From an uncultured Collinsella sp. (lineage in GTDB: Bacteria > Actinomycetota > Coriobacteriia > Coriobacteriales > Coriobacteriaceae), in the NCBI GenBank assembly GCA_900756765.1, contig CAAELE010000029.1, positions 6,221-70,220 on the forward strand: a stretch of 64,000 bases of DNA, in the 5' to 3' direction. The translations under genes and the position numbers were made by a program. This document shows, piece after piece, positions 29,625 through 40,307 of the stretch. Within the stretch, counting starts at the first letter, position 1. Each line of letters opens with the position of its first letter. The notes beneath the pieces were generated by a model. That model did no database searches. It was not told the origin of the DNA and saw nothing but the letters and a program-made list of their open reading frames with translations.

Positions 29625-30578
29625 ATGGACAAGGCTGCATCTACCGGCCATTCTGACCGCTGCCGCATCGTCGTCGATACCTGCTGCGACTTTAGCCCCG
29701 AGGTCGCTGCGAACCTCGATGTCGATATCTTGGGCTTCCCCTTTATCATCGATGGCGAGGAGCGTACGGACGACATCTGGTCGAGCATGAGCCCTAAGGA
29801 GTTCTACGACCGCATGCGCGCCGGTGCCCGCGTGTCCACCTCGGCTGTGTCGCTCGGTCGCTATATCGAGTTCTTTACCGAGTGCGCCAAAGAGGGCACG
29901 CCCACGGTCTACCTGTGCTTTACCTCGGCGCTGTCGTCGAGCTACAACTCCGCGTGCCAGGCGGCAGATGCCGTGCGTGCCGAGTATCCCGATTTTGAGC
30001 TGTACGTGGTCGACAACGCTCTGCCCTGCGCGACCGGCGCGCTCCTGGCGCTCGAGGCCGTGCGTCAGCGTTCGGCGGGACTGACCGCCAAGCAGCTGGT
30101 CGATTGGGCAAACGAGGCAAAGACCTACGTCCACGGCTACTTTACGCTCGAGAGCTTCGACGCACTGGCTGCCGGCGGCCGCATTCCGCCCGCGGCGGCG
30201 CAGCTCACGGCAAAGCTCGATGTCAAGCCCGAGCTCTCCTACGACCTTGCCGGCTCGCTGTCGCTGATCGGCGTCAACCGCGGCCGCAAGAAGGCGCTCA
30301 AGTCCATCCTCAAGTCGTTCCGCGAGAACTACGTGCCCGACCGCACCATGCCCATCGCCATCATGACGGCCGATGCCGAAAAGGACGGCGACTGGCTCGA
30401 GGCCGCTATCCGCAAGGAGGAGGGCTGCGCCGACGTCACGATCATTCGCAGCTCCGTGGGTCCCACCATTGGCTCGCACGTGGGCCCCGGCATGGTGGCC
30501 TGCGCGTTTTGGGGTAAGAACCGCGCCGACAAGGCATCGCTTTCCGACCGCATCGCCCGCCGCGTGCGCGGTCAGTAG
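29625..30578 (+). CDS. DegV-family fatty-acid-binding protein
   Basis: IVVDTCCD, TS, SALSSSY, GGRI, SHVGPG. Confidence 0.9.
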   Translation: MDKAASTGHSDRCRIVVDTCCDFSPEVAANLDVDILGFPFIIDGEERTDDIWSSMSPKEFYDRMRAGARVSTSAVSLGRYIEFFTECAKEGTPTVYLCFTSALSSSYNSACQAADAVRAEYPDFELYVVDNALPCATGALLALEAVRQRSAGLTAKQLVDWANEAKTYVHGYFTLESFDALAAGGRIPPAAAQLTAKLDVKPELSYDLAGSLSLIGVNRGRKKALKSILKSFRENYVPDRTMPIAIMTADAEKDGDWLEAAIRKEEGCADVTIIRSSVGPTIGSHVGPGMVACAFWGKNRADKASLSDRIARRVRGQ

Positions 30579-30676
30579 GCAAGTAGCGCGGCCGTATTCG
30601 CCCTCAACTCACAGCCCAAACGCTGGCACCGAGTATTCAACCTGGTAATAACACCCAACCCAAAAGGAAAGGTTTC

Positions 30677-31756
30677 ATGGCAAACAAGCTCTCTGTCGCA
30701 TTTATCGGCACCGGAATCATGGGTGCCCCCATCGCCGGCCACATCCTGGATGCCGGCTATCCCGTCACGGTCAACAACCGCACCAAGTCCAAGGCCGCCG
30801 CGCTTATCGAGCGCGGTGCCGCCTGGGCCGATACGCCGGCCGATGCCGCGGCGAACGCCGATGTCGTCTTTACCATGGTGGGCTATCCCTCCGAGGTCGA
30901 GGAGCTCTACCTGGCGGGCGACGGCCTGCTCGCGTGCACTAAGCCCGGCGCGGTCCTGATCGACCTCACCACGAGCTCGCCCGAGCTGGCGCGCGACATT
31001 GCCGAGGCCGCTCAGGTTTCCGGCCGCATGGCGTTTGACTGCCCCGTCACCGGCGGCGAGTCGGGTGCTATCGCCGGTACGCTCACAGCTATCGTGGGCG
31101 CTACCGAGAACGACATCGCGCCGGTCCGCGATATCCTTGCCACCTTTGCGGCCAACATCTGCTGCTTCGACGGCGCCGGCAAGGGCCAGGCTGCCAAGCT
31201 CGCCAACCAGGTGTCGCTGGGCGCCTGCATGGTCGGCATGGCAGACGCCATGGCATTTGCCGAGCTGAGCGGCCTTGATCTGGAGAAGACCCGCCAGATG
31301 ATCCTGGGCGGCACCGGCAAGTCCGGCGCCATGGAAAGTCTGGCTCCCAAGGCGCTCGACGGCGACTACAAGCCCGGCTTTATGGTCGAGCACTTCATTA
31401 AGGACCTGCGCTTGGCGCTCGCCTATGCCGACGACCGCGAGCTCGCGCTGCCCGGCGCCGACGTCGCTTTTACGCTCTACGACATGCTCGACGCCATCGG
31501 TGGTGCCAAGTTGGGCACCCAGGCCATTACGGTACTCTACAAGGAGGAGGCCGACGCCATCGCCGCCGGACTGGACTGGTCGCAGTATCGTCCCGAGGAG
31601 CATGGTGCTCACGAGGAGGGCTGCGGTTGCGGCGAGCACGGCGACGACCACGAGTGCGGTTGCGGTCACCATCACGGCGAGGACCACGAGTGCTGCGGCG
31701 GTCACGGTCACGATGACGGCCACGAGTGCTGCTGCGGCCACCATCACGGGGAGTAG
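30677..31756 (+). CDS. NAD(P)-dependent beta-hydroxyacid dehydrogenase with His/Cys-rich tail
   Basis: FIGTGIMG, DCPVTGG, KLANQ, KDL. Confidence 0.88.
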   Translation: MANKLSVAFIGTGIMGAPIAGHILDAGYPVTVNNRTKSKAAALIERGAAWADTPADAAANADVVFTMVGYPSEVEELYLAGDGLLACTKPGAVLIDLTTSSPELARDIAEAAQVSGRMAFDCPVTGGESGAIAGTLTAIVGATENDIAPVRDILATFAANICCFDGAGKGQAAKLANQVSLGACMVGMADAMAFAELSGLDLEKTRQMILGGTGKSGAMESLAPKALDGDYKPGFMVEHFIKDLRLALAYADDRELALPGADVAFTLYDMLDAIGGAKLGTQAITVLYKEEADAIAAGLDWSQYRPEEHGAHEEGCGCGEHGDDHECGCGHHHGEDHECCGGHGHDDGHECCCGHHHGE

Positions 31757-31761
31757 CGCCC

Positions 31762-32190
31762 ATGAGCTGGACGTTCGTGGTGCTTGCGCTGGTGCTCTTT
31801 CTCTTTGCGATCTACATCGGCTTTTTGTGCGGCCAGTGGGCGTGCGAAAAGCGCGTCATCACCAAGCGCGACTACTGGATTGCCAACTTTGCGGGAGCGG
31901 CGGCAGTCGTCCTGCTGACCTGGGTGTTCTCACTGTTCCCGCTGGTGCAGTTTGCGCCGATCGGCTGGCTCGGCGGCTTTATCGCCGGTCTTAAGATGAG
32001 CTTTGGCGAGTCCGTCGGCCCGTGGCGCAAGCACGACGAGGTCTTTAACGTCAACAAGGCTCATCGCGCCGCCGCCGACGCGGGCGACGCTGAGGAACGC
32101 CGCCGTGCGCGTCGCAATGGCGCGGCCGACCGACAGCTCATCTCGGTCACCGATGACAGCAAGGGTGCTGGCAAGCACGCTAAGAAATAG
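31762..32190 (+). CDS. Hypothetical membrane protein
   Basis: Three hydrophobic segments, RBS, operon context. Confidence 0.7.
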   Translation: MSWTFVVLALVLFLFAIYIGFLCGQWACEKRVITKRDYWIANFAGAAAVVLLTWVFSLFPLVQFAPIGWLGGFIAGLKMSFGESVGPWRKHDEVFNVNKAHRAAADAGDAEERRRARRNGAADRQLISVTDDSKGAGKHAKK

Positions 32191-32205
32191 TAAGAAGAGG
32201 TAACT

Positions 32206-32904
32206 ATGGCAGAAAACAAAGACGAACAGCTCACCGACGAGGAGCTGGCACAGCTTCAGCTGGCAGAGGAGAACGAGAACGCCGTCGACCGCCTGGTCCA
32301 GGAGCTCGGCTGCCCCACGCGCCGCATCCGCCAGTTTGCCGCCCGCGTGCTGCACCTGCTTGCCGAGCGCGATCCGCAGTGCGTCGTGCCCTGCGTGCCC
32401 GCGCTGATCGAGGCGCTCGACCGCTCCGAGGCTCAGACCCGCTGGGAGGCCCTCGATGCCCTGGCGGCGCTCGCCACCACCTGCCCCGAACAGCTGGGCG
32501 ATGCCTTTGAGGGTGCCGAGACCGCGCTGTTCGACGAGATCTCCTCCACGCTGCGCTATGCCGCCTTCCGCCTGCTGTGCGTGTGGGGTGCCACGAGCGT
32601 CGAGCGTTCGCGCGAGGCTTGGCCCATCCTGGACGAGGCCATCCAGTGCTACCACGGCGACCTTGAGTATCGCGACATGCTCGGTTGCCTGTACGAGTTT
32701 TGCCAGGGCGAGATCGACGCCGAGGTTGCCGAGAAGCTTGCGCTGCGCCTTAAGTTCGATGCCGAGAACGGCAAGGGCAGCTATCTCAAGGCCCGTTCGA
32801 GCGAGATTTGCGAAATGCTTGTTAAACGTTTTGGCCTGGATCTCTCCAAAAAGAAGAAGCGTGTTAGCGTTAAAAAATCTGAGGCCGCCGAAGACGAGGA
32901 GTAA
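32206..32904 (+). CDS. HEAT-repeat-like helical protein
   Basis: VPALIEAL...TRWEALDALAAL pattern. Confidence 0.65.
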   Translation: MAENKDEQLTDEELAQLQLAEENENAVDRLVQELGCPTRRIRQFAARVLHLLAERDPQCVVPCVPALIEALDRSEAQTRWEALDALAALATTCPEQLGDAFEGAETALFDEISSTLRYAAFRLLCVWGATSVERSREAWPILDEAIQCYHGDLEYRDMLGCLYEFCQGEIDAEVAEKLALRLKFDAENGKGSYLKARSSEICEMLVKRFGLDLSKKKKRVSVKKSEAAEDEE

Positions 32905-32910
32905 CAGATT

Positions 32911-33996
32911 ATGGCGCACGATGTAGTCCTGATTCCCGGTGACGGTATCGGTCCCGAGATTACGCAGGCCATGCGCCGCGTGGTCGAGGCTACCGGTGTC
33001 CAGATCAATTGGAACGTCCAGGAGGCCGGCGCCGGCGTCATGGACGAGTTTGGCACGCCGCTGCCCCAGCACGTGCTCGATGCGGTCGCCGAGACCAAGG
33101 CTGCCATCAAGGGTCCCATCACCACGCCGGTCGGCACGGGTTTCCGCAGCGTCAACGTGGCTCTGCGCAAGCATTTTGACCTTTACGCCTGCGTGCGTCC
33201 TTGCCTGTCGCAGCCGGGCGACGGCTCGCGCTTCCGCGACGTCGACTTGGTCATCGTGCGCGAGAACACCGAGGACCTCTACGCCGGCATCGAGTTCGAT
33301 GAGGGCGCTGCCGAGGTCGAGGAGCTCTCGCAACTTGTCGAGCGTTCGGGCCAAAAGACATTCGCCGGCGATTCCGCGATCTCGATCAAGCCGATCTCTA
33401 TCGCCAAGAGCCGCCGCATTGTGGAGTATGCCTTTGAGTATGCCCGCCGCTGCGGCCGCAAAAAGGTGACGGCCGTGCACAAGGCCAACATCATGAAGGC
33501 GACCGACGGCCTGTTCCTGCGCGTGGCGCGCGAGGTGGCCGCCAACTATCCCGATATCGAGTTCAACGACAAGATCGTCGACGCCACCTGCATGGGCCTG
33601 GTCCAGAACCCCAACGACTTCGATGTCCTGGTGCTGCCCAACCTGTACGGCGACATCGTGAGCGACCTGTGCGCCGGCCTGGTGGGCGGTCTGGGCATGG
33701 CCCCCGGCTCCAACATCGGTGCCGATTGCGCCATCTTTGAGGCAACGCACGGCTCCGCGCCCGATATCGCCGGTCAGGATATCGCCAACCCCACGGCCGA
33801 GATCCTCTCTGCTGCGATGATGCTCGATCACCTGGGCGAGAACGATGCGGCCAATCGCATTCGTGCCGCCGTATCTGCCACGCTCGACGAGGGCGAGCAG
33901 GTTACCGGTGACGTGCGTCGTGCCCAGACCGGCTCCGTTGAGGGCGCTGTGGGCACGCAGGCCTTTGCCGATGCCGTTATCGCGCACCTGGTCTAA
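32911..33996 (+). CDS. Isocitrate/isopropylmalate-family dehydrogenase
   Basis: [40 protein letters not shown]. Confidence 0.92.
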   Translation: MAHDVVLIPGDGIGPEITQAMRRVVEATGVQINWNVQEAGAGVMDEFGTPLPQHVLDAVAETKAAIKGPITTPVGTGFRSVNVALRKHFDLYACVRPCLSQPGDGSRFRDVDLVIVRENTEDLYAGIEFDEGAAEVEELSQLVERSGQKTFAGDSAISIKPISIAKSRRIVEYAFEYARRCGRKKVTAVHKANIMKATDGLFLRVAREVAANYPDIEFNDKIVDATCMGLVQNPNDFDVLVLPNLYGDIVSDLCAGLVGGLGMAPGSNIGADCAIFEATHGSAPDIAGQDIANPTAEILSAAMMLDHLGENDAANRIRAAVSATLDEGEQVTGDVRRAQTGSVEGAVGTQAFADAVIAHLV

Positions 33997-34122
33997 GGTA
34001 TGCACGCTGCAAACGCCTAAATAGTACTTAAGTGTTTGCGTATAACCTGAGAATCAATACGCCCGGCGCTCTGCCGGGCGTATTCTATGAGGGATTGTGT
34101 TCCCAATAAGGAGTAACTGACT

Positions 34123-35217
34123 ATGGGTCTGATTCAAAAGAAGGACGAGAAGGACGAGATCGACGGCATCCAGATCATCGAGCGCGGCGAAGGCCCCGAC
34201 GGTGATGAGGACGAGAAGATCGACCTGGTCGCCGGCACGTCTGCCGAACATATTGCCGCCGGCACGACCGCCGAGGAGGAGGACGCCCGTCTGGAGGCTC
34301 AGATCGCCGCAGAAGCCGCTGACGAGAATCTGATGCCCGAGGCCCAGGATGAGGACGACGATGCCCTGGATTCCGATGAGGACGACCATGCGTCCAAGCA
34401 CAAGAAGACGATGATTGCCGCCTTTGTAGTTGCAGTCGTGATCGCTGCCGTGGTCGGCTTCTTTATTGGCAACGGTGGTTTTGGCGGCAAGGGCGTCGGC
34501 TCGGCGACCCTGACCGAGGACCAGCTCGATTCGACCGTGGCGAGCTACAGCTACAACGGCAAGAAGAGCGACATCACCGCGCGCGAGGCCATCGAGAGCC
34601 AGTACAGCCTCGATACCGTCAAGGATAGCGATGGCAACTACACCGCTCCTTCTGCCGACGTCATCCTGTCCTATGTGCGCAACAAGATTCTGCTCGATGC
34701 TGCCGAGGACGAGGGCATTACCGTCTCTTCTAAGGAGATGAAGAAGTACGCCGAGGATTCCATCGGCACTTCGGACTACAAGACCATGGCCACGCAGTAC
34801 GGCGTGTCCAAGGACCAGGCCAAGCAGATCGTCCGTCAGTCCGCGACGCTGCAAAAGCTCTACAAGAAGAAGGTGGGCGATAGCTCTGCAAGCATGCCGA
34901 CCGCCCCGACCGAGCCTGCTGACGGCAACGAGGAGACCGCGAGCAAGGACTACGCCGACTACATCATCAAACTTGCCGGCGACGAGTGGGATAGCTCGAA
35001 GGGCACCTGGAAGGACGCCGACAGCACCTATGCTAAGGCCTTCGCCGACGATGCCTTTACCGCCGATAGCGCCACCTATAAGCAGGCCATGACTGCCTAT
35101 TACACTGCTTACCAGCAGTATTCTTCGCAGGCTTCGAGCGCCAGCTCCAAGTGGACCGAGTATGCCAACGGCCTGTACGCCAAGGCCAACATCAGCATCT
35201 ACGGCCTGTTTGCGTAA
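34123..35217 (+). CDS. Membrane-anchored protein, acidic N-terminus, possible SurA-N/PrsA-like domain
   Basis: Single TM; ILLDAAEDEGITVSSKE resembles SurA-N. Confidence 0.6.
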   Translation: MGLIQKKDEKDEIDGIQIIERGEGPDGDEDEKIDLVAGTSAEHIAAGTTAEEEDARLEAQIAAEAADENLMPEAQDEDDDALDSDEDDHASKHKKTMIAAFVVAVVIAAVVGFFIGNGGFGGKGVGSATLTEDQLDSTVASYSYNGKKSDITAREAIESQYSLDTVKDSDGNYTAPSADVILSYVRNKILLDAAEDEGITVSSKEMKKYAEDSIGTSDYKTMATQYGVSKDQAKQIVRQSATLQKLYKKKVGDSSASMPTAPTEPADGNEETASKDYADYIIKLAGDEWDSSKGTWKDADSTYAKAFADDAFTADSATYKQAMTAYYTAYQQYSSQASSASSKWTEYANGLYAKANISIYGLFA

Positions 35218-35258
35218 GATTTGCCCGAGCTACCGAGCGCGAAGCTGATATATCTGAT

Positions 35259-35296
35259 TAAGCCCGCTAGAACGGATGTCGTTCTAGCGGGCTTAT
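35259..35296. terminator. Bidirectional terminator hairpin
   Basis: taagcccgctagaac...gttctagcgggctta between convergent genes. Confidence 0.7.
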
Positions 35297-35329
35297 TGCG
35301 TTTAGGCGCTGGTGGCTAAATTATGTCTA

Positions 35330-35566
35330 TTAATCTTTAAGTCCAAAGAGGTTATCGGCTTCATCGTCAGGCATATATTCCAGTACATCGCCCGGTTGGC
35401 AGTCGAGTGCCCGGCATATCGCGTCAAGAGTTGAAAAGCGCACGGCAGAAACCTTGCCCGTCTTGATGCGCGACATATTGACCTGGGAGATACCCACGCG
35501 TTCCGCAAGCTCTTTGGATGAAATCTTGCGTTCGGCAAGCATGCGGTCGAGCCGCAGAATAATCAT
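35330..35566 (-). CDS. XRE/YozG-like HTH regulator
   Basis: ELAERVGIS...RFSTL..IC..LDCQPGD. Confidence 0.9.
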   Translation of the reverse strand: MIILRLDRMLAERKISSKELAERVGISQVNMSRIKTGKVSAVRFSTLDAICRALDCQPGDVLEYMPDDEADNLFGLKD

Positions 35567-35575
35567 GGATTCCCC

Positions 35576-36214
35576 CTAGAGCAACTCGTCATCTTGTTTT
35601 TGCAGGATACACCCGTACTGGAAGATGCTGGCAATCAGGCTAATAATTAGGCCTGCAAAGAGCATAGAGAGGTCGAGATGCTGCCCGCCAAGCGCATCCG
35701 TAAAGCTACCGCCAAATCCTGAGAGTATCAGCCCTGTGACTATGGCACCAAAAAGTTTCACGGCAGCGCCGCCGATAAGGAACAAATGTCCTATTTGACG
35801 TAGTATGCGGATGCATTCGAGGTCAAAGGGCCTGCCCGCCTTTTCAATGGCGGAGAAAAACCTGTATGCGCTTAGCGCGATGGCAAGCGCGAGGCATGCC
35901 ATCATGGCGCTCCCTATGGCAGTATGACCGTCGTGCGCGACAAGCATAAGAGGAGTCTGTTCATTGGTGCCGACGAGAGCGAGAATTGGCCCTTCGCTAG
36001 CCTCAAGCTCTACGGATTGGAGACAGAACCCTTGGGAGAGGCTAGGCAATATGACTAGATCTTCGATTGCAATGACTGCGAGGAGTGCCAGAGCGAGCGC
36101 CACGATGGTGCAGATTGTGCCCCATTTGCAGTAGCGAGTGAGCTTCCTCAGTTTGGCTATTGCCTGTTCACGGTCGATGGCTTCATTCGATTTGGATACG
36201 TTCCAGCGGATCAT
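35576..36214 (-). CDS. DUF2975-like membrane protein
   Basis: PF..E....LR motif, IFQYG..LQ...DEL C-terminus, paired with a YozG-like gene. Confidence 0.8.
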   Translation of the reverse strand: MIRWNVSKSNEAIDREQAIAKLRKLTRYCKWGTICTIVALALALLAVIAIEDLVILPSLSQGFCLQSVELEASEGPILALVGTNEQTPLMLVAHDGHTAIGSAMMACLALAIALSAYRFFSAIEKAGRPFDLECIRILRQIGHLFLIGGAAVKLFGAIVTGLILSGFGGSFTDALGGQHLDLSMLFAGLIISLIASIFQYGCILQKQDDELL

Positions 36215-36785
36215 AGCTCCTCCAACCAATGTCTTGGATGATACTTGTATCTTATATCATACTTAATGATAAACGATAAACAATTACAGATTAGAGTAAG
36301 TAATGTTTGTGAGACGAATAGCGAGAGCTATGGCATATTCAGGGAATGGGAGTTTGGAACGCGGGGGATGGACGAGTATTGAAATACCCTGCAACCGCGC
36401 AAGTGCTTCATCGAGTCTCCCCAATTCATCTAGGAAAAAGGCTGCAAACGATTGAAATTCTCCGGTGAACGGTCGAAAACTACCGTTCACCGATAATTTC
36501 TAAACTGGTTCTAACTGGTATTAAGTCAAAAAGACCAATTCACAAATCTTCACAATGACCTGCACTTTTTCTACACGCTATATTTAGCCACCCTGTGTTG
36601 TTTAGACACGAAAATAGTTGTGATCGATTGCCAAAGCATTTCGAAACGGTTTCAAAACTGCAGGTAGAAGTGTTAATGAGCGGTAAACGGTCGATTTATC
36701 ACCGTGAACGGTGCAAAAACGTTTTACTGTATGAATCAGCGAAAGCGACCTCTTCTGGGGTGATATAGTGACAACAACACATCAC

Positions 36786-36800
36786 GTGGTTACTACCAGT
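36786..36800. promoter_or_regulatory. Candidate GntR (NagR/DasR-like) operator
   Basis: tggttactaccag also present at 41080-41092 before agaS. Confidence 0.6.
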
Positions 36801-36915
36801 TTAGAAACCACTGGTCTTCAAAGAACGCTTTCTAAGAAGCTTTAAGGGCGAGCGCCCGCTGGCTTCCGAAAATTATCGGACTCAGATCGTACACACCTTC
36901 GGAAGGGAAATTTGA

Positions 36916-37359
36916 ATGGTTGGCTTTATTCTTACCGGTCATGGACAGTTCGCACCCGGCCTTGCAAGTGCTATCGCTATGGTTGCCGGCGATCAGCCCG
37001 CTTTTACCGTCGTTCCTTTTGAGGGCGACCAGGCTGCTTCCTACGGTGAGGATCTCCGCGCCGCTATTACCGCCATGCGCGAGGAGTGCGATGGCGTGCT
37101 CGTCTTTACCGACCTGCTCGGTGGTACTCCGTTCAATCAGTCGATGATGATTGCCCAGGATGTCGACAACGTCGAGGTTCTGACTGGCACCAACCTTCCC
37201 ATGGTTATTGAGCTTCTGTTCCTCCGCGGTAACGCCACGCTCGCCGAGCTTGGCGAGCAGGCCGTGACCGTTGGTCAGACGGGCGTCACCGCCCAGACGG
37301 TCGCATCCGTTGCCGGCTCCGACGAAGAGGATATCTTCGGCGACGAGGACGGCATCTAA
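36916..37359 (+). CDS. Mannose-family PTS IIA
   Basis: LTGHG, TDLLGGTPFN, GTNLPM. Confidence 0.92.
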   Translation: MVGFILTGHGQFAPGLASAIAMVAGDQPAFTVVPFEGDQAASYGEDLRAAITAMREECDGVLVFTDLLGGTPFNQSMMIAQDVDNVEVLTGTNLPMVIELLFLRGNATLAELGEQAVTVGQTGVTAQTVASVAGSDEEDIFGDEDGI

Positions 37360-37640
37360 TGGCCGATTTCGGAGCCAACGTCCTGAGCTCCTCGGTCGCC
37401 CTTTTAGGCCTGCTTGTCATCATGGGCTTGATTTACACCATCTGGTCGCAAATCAACATGAAGAAGAAGCAGAAGTACTTCAAGGAGCTGCACACCGAGC
37501 TCAAGCCGGGTCAGGAGGTTCTTTTCGCCGGCGGTATCTACGGAACCGTCAAGGGCATCGAAGGCGAAAAGGTCCAGATCAAAGTCCGATCCGGTGCCGT
37601 CGTAGATGTTTCGCGTTACGCGATTCAGGAGATCAAGTAA
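37359..37640 (+). CDS. YajC-like protein
   Basis: TM helix then LKPGQEV...GGIYGTV...RYAI. Confidence 0.85.
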   Translation: MADFGANVLSSSVALLGLLVIMGLIYTIWSQINMKKKQKYFKELHTELKPGQEVLFAGGIYGTVKGIEGEKVQIKVRSGAVVDVSRYAIQEIK

Positions 37641-37676
37641 CTGTCGTCAGCAAATAACGAAAGGAAGCTGATCAAC

Positions 37677-38159
37677 ATGGCAGAACCCAACATTCTTCTT
37701 ACCCGCATCGATAACCGACTGGTCCATGGTCAGGTCGCTACCCAGTGGAACTCCACCCTGGGCTCCAACCTCATCCTCGTCGCCAACGACGATGTGTCGA
37801 CCAACACCATGCGCCAGAACCTCATGAAGATGGCCGCTCCCGCCGGCGTCGCTACGCGTTTCTTCTCCCTGCAGAAGACCATCGACGTCATTGGCAAGGC
37901 GAGCCCGCGCCAGAAGATCTTCATCGTGGCCGAAACACCGGAAGACGTGCTTACGCTCGTCAAGGGCGGTGTGCCTATAAAGAAGGTAAACATCGGCAAC
38001 ATGCACATGTCGGAAGGAAAGCGCCAAGTCGCCACCTCCGTCGCAGTTAACGACGAGGATGTCGCTGCGTTTAAAGAGCTGCAGGAATTGGGGGTGGAGT
38101 TGGAGATCAGGCGCGTTCCGAGCACGCCTGTTGAGGACACGAGCAAGCTCTTCTCGTAA
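37677..38159 (+). CDS. Mannose-family (GalNAc-type) PTS IIB
   Basis: RIDNRLVHGQV with catalytic His. Confidence 0.93.
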   Translation: MAEPNILLTRIDNRLVHGQVATQWNSTLGSNLILVANDDVSTNTMRQNLMKMAAPAGVATRFFSLQKTIDVIGKASPRQKIFIVAETPEDVLTLVKGGVPIKKVNIGNMHMSEGKRQVATSVAVNDEDVAAFKELQELGVELEIRRVPSTPVEDTSKLFS

Positions 38160-38249
38160 TCCTCGTGATCCACGTTGTCAGGATTGAAACCCTGACGTTC
38201 TGTACGTGATATCCAAAGTGCGTACATACATTTTGAAAGGAGGAGCAAG

Positions 38250-39050
38250 ATGGAATACTCGATCATCCAGGTCGCTCTGGTCTTCATCGTCACGTTCGTC
38301 GCGGCAATCGACCAGTTCAACTTCCTCGAGTCTCTCTATCAGCCCATCGTCACCGGCGCCGTCATCGGTCTTATCCTTGGCGACCTCAACACCGGTCTTC
38401 TCGTGGGTGGTACCTATCAGCTCATGACGATCGGCAACATGCCGATCGGAGGCGCTCAGCCGCCTAACGCCGTCATCGGCGGCATCATGGCAGCCATTCT
38501 CGCTATCGCTACGGGCCTCGAGCCCAACGCGGCAGTCGGCCTTGCCATTCCGTTCGCTCTGCTTGGTCAGCTCGGCGTTACCCTGGTCTTCACGCTTATG
38601 TCGCCCCTCATGTCCTCCGCGGACAACATGGCTCATAACGCTGACACCAAGGGCATCGAGCGTCTGAACTACTTCGCCATGGCTCTGCTCGGCCTGATCT
38701 TCGCTGTCGTCGTCACCCTGTTCTTCATCGCTGGCGCTACCATCGGTCAGACCATCGCTTCCGCCATCCCGACTTGGCTGCAGACCGGTCTGTCCGCTGC
38801 AGGCGGCATGATGCGCTTCGTCGGCTTCGCCGTCCTGCTCAAGGTTATGATGAACCGCGATATGTGGGGCTTCTTCCTCATGGGCTTTGGCCTCGCGCTC
38901 ATCACCGTTGCCAACGATTCTCTGGCAACCCCTGCCCTGCTCATCCTCGCTCTCATCGGCTTCGGCATCGCTTTCTGGGACTTCCAGCAGCAGACCGAGC
39001 TGAAGGGTGCAGCTGTTTCTGACGGAGGTGACTTCGAAGATGGCATCTAA
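38250..39050 (+). CDS. Mannose-family (GalNAc-type) PTS IIC
   Basis: QPIVTG...GGAQPPN. Confidence 0.92.
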   Translation: MEYSIIQVALVFIVTFVAAIDQFNFLESLYQPIVTGAVIGLILGDLNTGLLVGGTYQLMTIGNMPIGGAQPPNAVIGGIMAAILAIATGLEPNAAVGLAIPFALLGQLGVTLVFTLMSPLMSSADNMAHNADTKGIERLNYFAMALLGLIFAVVVTLFFIAGATIGQTIASAIPTWLQTGLSAAGGMMRFVGFAVLLKVMMNRDMWGFFLMGFGLALITVANDSLATPALLILALIGFGIAFWDFQQQTELKGAAVSDGGDFEDGI

Positions 39051-40122
39051 TGAGTATGTGATCCCGGAGCACTACGAGGATCTCACTCCTGCTCCGCAGC
39101 TCGACCAGAAGACCCTCAACAAGATGGCTTGGCGCTCCTGCTTCCTGCAGGCATCGTTCAACTACGAGCGCATGCAGGCCGCTGGCTGGCTTTACTCCAT
39201 CATCCCCGGTCTGGAGAAGATCCACACCAACAAGAACGACCTCGCGGCTTCCATGAGCCACAACCTGGAGTTCTTCAACACCCACCCGTTCCTCGTCACC
39301 TTTGTTATGGGTATCGTGCTTTCGCTCGAGCAGAACAAGGTTGACATCCCCACGATCCGCGCCGTCCGCGTCGCCGCAATGGGCCCGCTCGGTGGTATCG
39401 GTGACGCCCTGTTCTGGCTGACGCTCGTGCCTATCACGGCCGGCATCACCTCCAACATGGCCATCAACGGCAACGCCGCTGCGCCGATCATCTTCCTGGT
39501 GATCTTCAACGTCGTCCAGTTCGCTCTGCGCTTCTGGCTCATGAACTGGTCCTACAAGCTTGGCACCAGCGCTATTGACGCTCTGACTGCCAACATGCAG
39601 GCCTTCACGCGTGCCGCTTCCATTATGGGCGTCTTCGTCGTCGGTTGCCTGGTCGTCACCATGGGTGGCACCCAGATCAACCTCCAGATCCCCAACGGCA
39701 CCACCCGTGGCCTCTCCGCTACTACCGTGATCGTCTCCGAGAAGGAGGCCGAGAACTTCACCGGTATGGAGGGCATCGATACCGAGACCGCTGAGGCCGG
39801 TACCATCGCCATGACCGATGAGGACGGCAACGCCCTCACCGCTTCCGATGCCGACGGCAACGCTGTCGAGTGCGGCGTCACCGATCTGGGCAACGGCATG
39901 GAGTCCGTTACCTACGGCACCGTCACCGAGGATCCGGTCAACTTCTCTGTTGCCGACACCCTCAACACCATCGTCCCGAAGCTCGTCCCGCTTATGCTTA
40001 CGCTGCTGCTTTACTACATGTTCGCTAAGCACAGCTGGACCCCGACCAAGGGCATTCTGCTGCTCTTCGTCCTGGGCATCCTGGGCGCTGGCCCGCTTGG
40101 TCTCTGGCCGAGCATCTGGTAA
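39040..40122 (+). CDS. Mannose-family PTS IID with ~80-aa acidic insertion
   Basis: SFNYERMQ, FFNTHP, MGPLGGIGDA. Confidence 0.92.
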   Translation: MASNEYVIPEHYEDLTPAPQLDQKTLNKMAWRSCFLQASFNYERMQAAGWLYSIIPGLEKIHTNKNDLAASMSHNLEFFNTHPFLVTFVMGIVLSLEQNKVDIPTIRAVRVAAMGPLGGIGDALFWLTLVPITAGITSNMAINGNAAAPIIFLVIFNVVQFALRFWLMNWSYKLGTSAIDALTANMQAFTRAASIMGVFVVGCLVVTMGGTQINLQIPNGTTRGLSATTVIVSEKEAENFTGMEGIDTETAEAGTIAMTDEDGNALTASDADGNAVECGVTDLGNGMESVTYGTVTEDPVNFSVADTLNTIVPKLVPLMLTLLLYYMFAKHSWTPTKGILLLFVLGILGAGPLGLWPSIW

Positions 40123-40307
40123 GGCTCTAGCTTGAGGGGTGTGTCCCTGCGCGGCTCACACCCCGACCCCTTAAGCCATGTGTATGTTAAAAGCCGCGTG
40201 CTCGAAAGAGCGCGCGGCTTTTGTTTTCTTGATGAGTCGGGTGTTGCAGAACGATAATGCTTAACACCCTAGGTAGTTAGCCGAATTCGAGCAAAAGGGA
40301 GGATAGG

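Noticed and set aside
37359..37640. yajC inside a PTS operon as a novelty
   Set aside because: yajC-like genes are already known in mannose-family PTS operons of Firmicutes.
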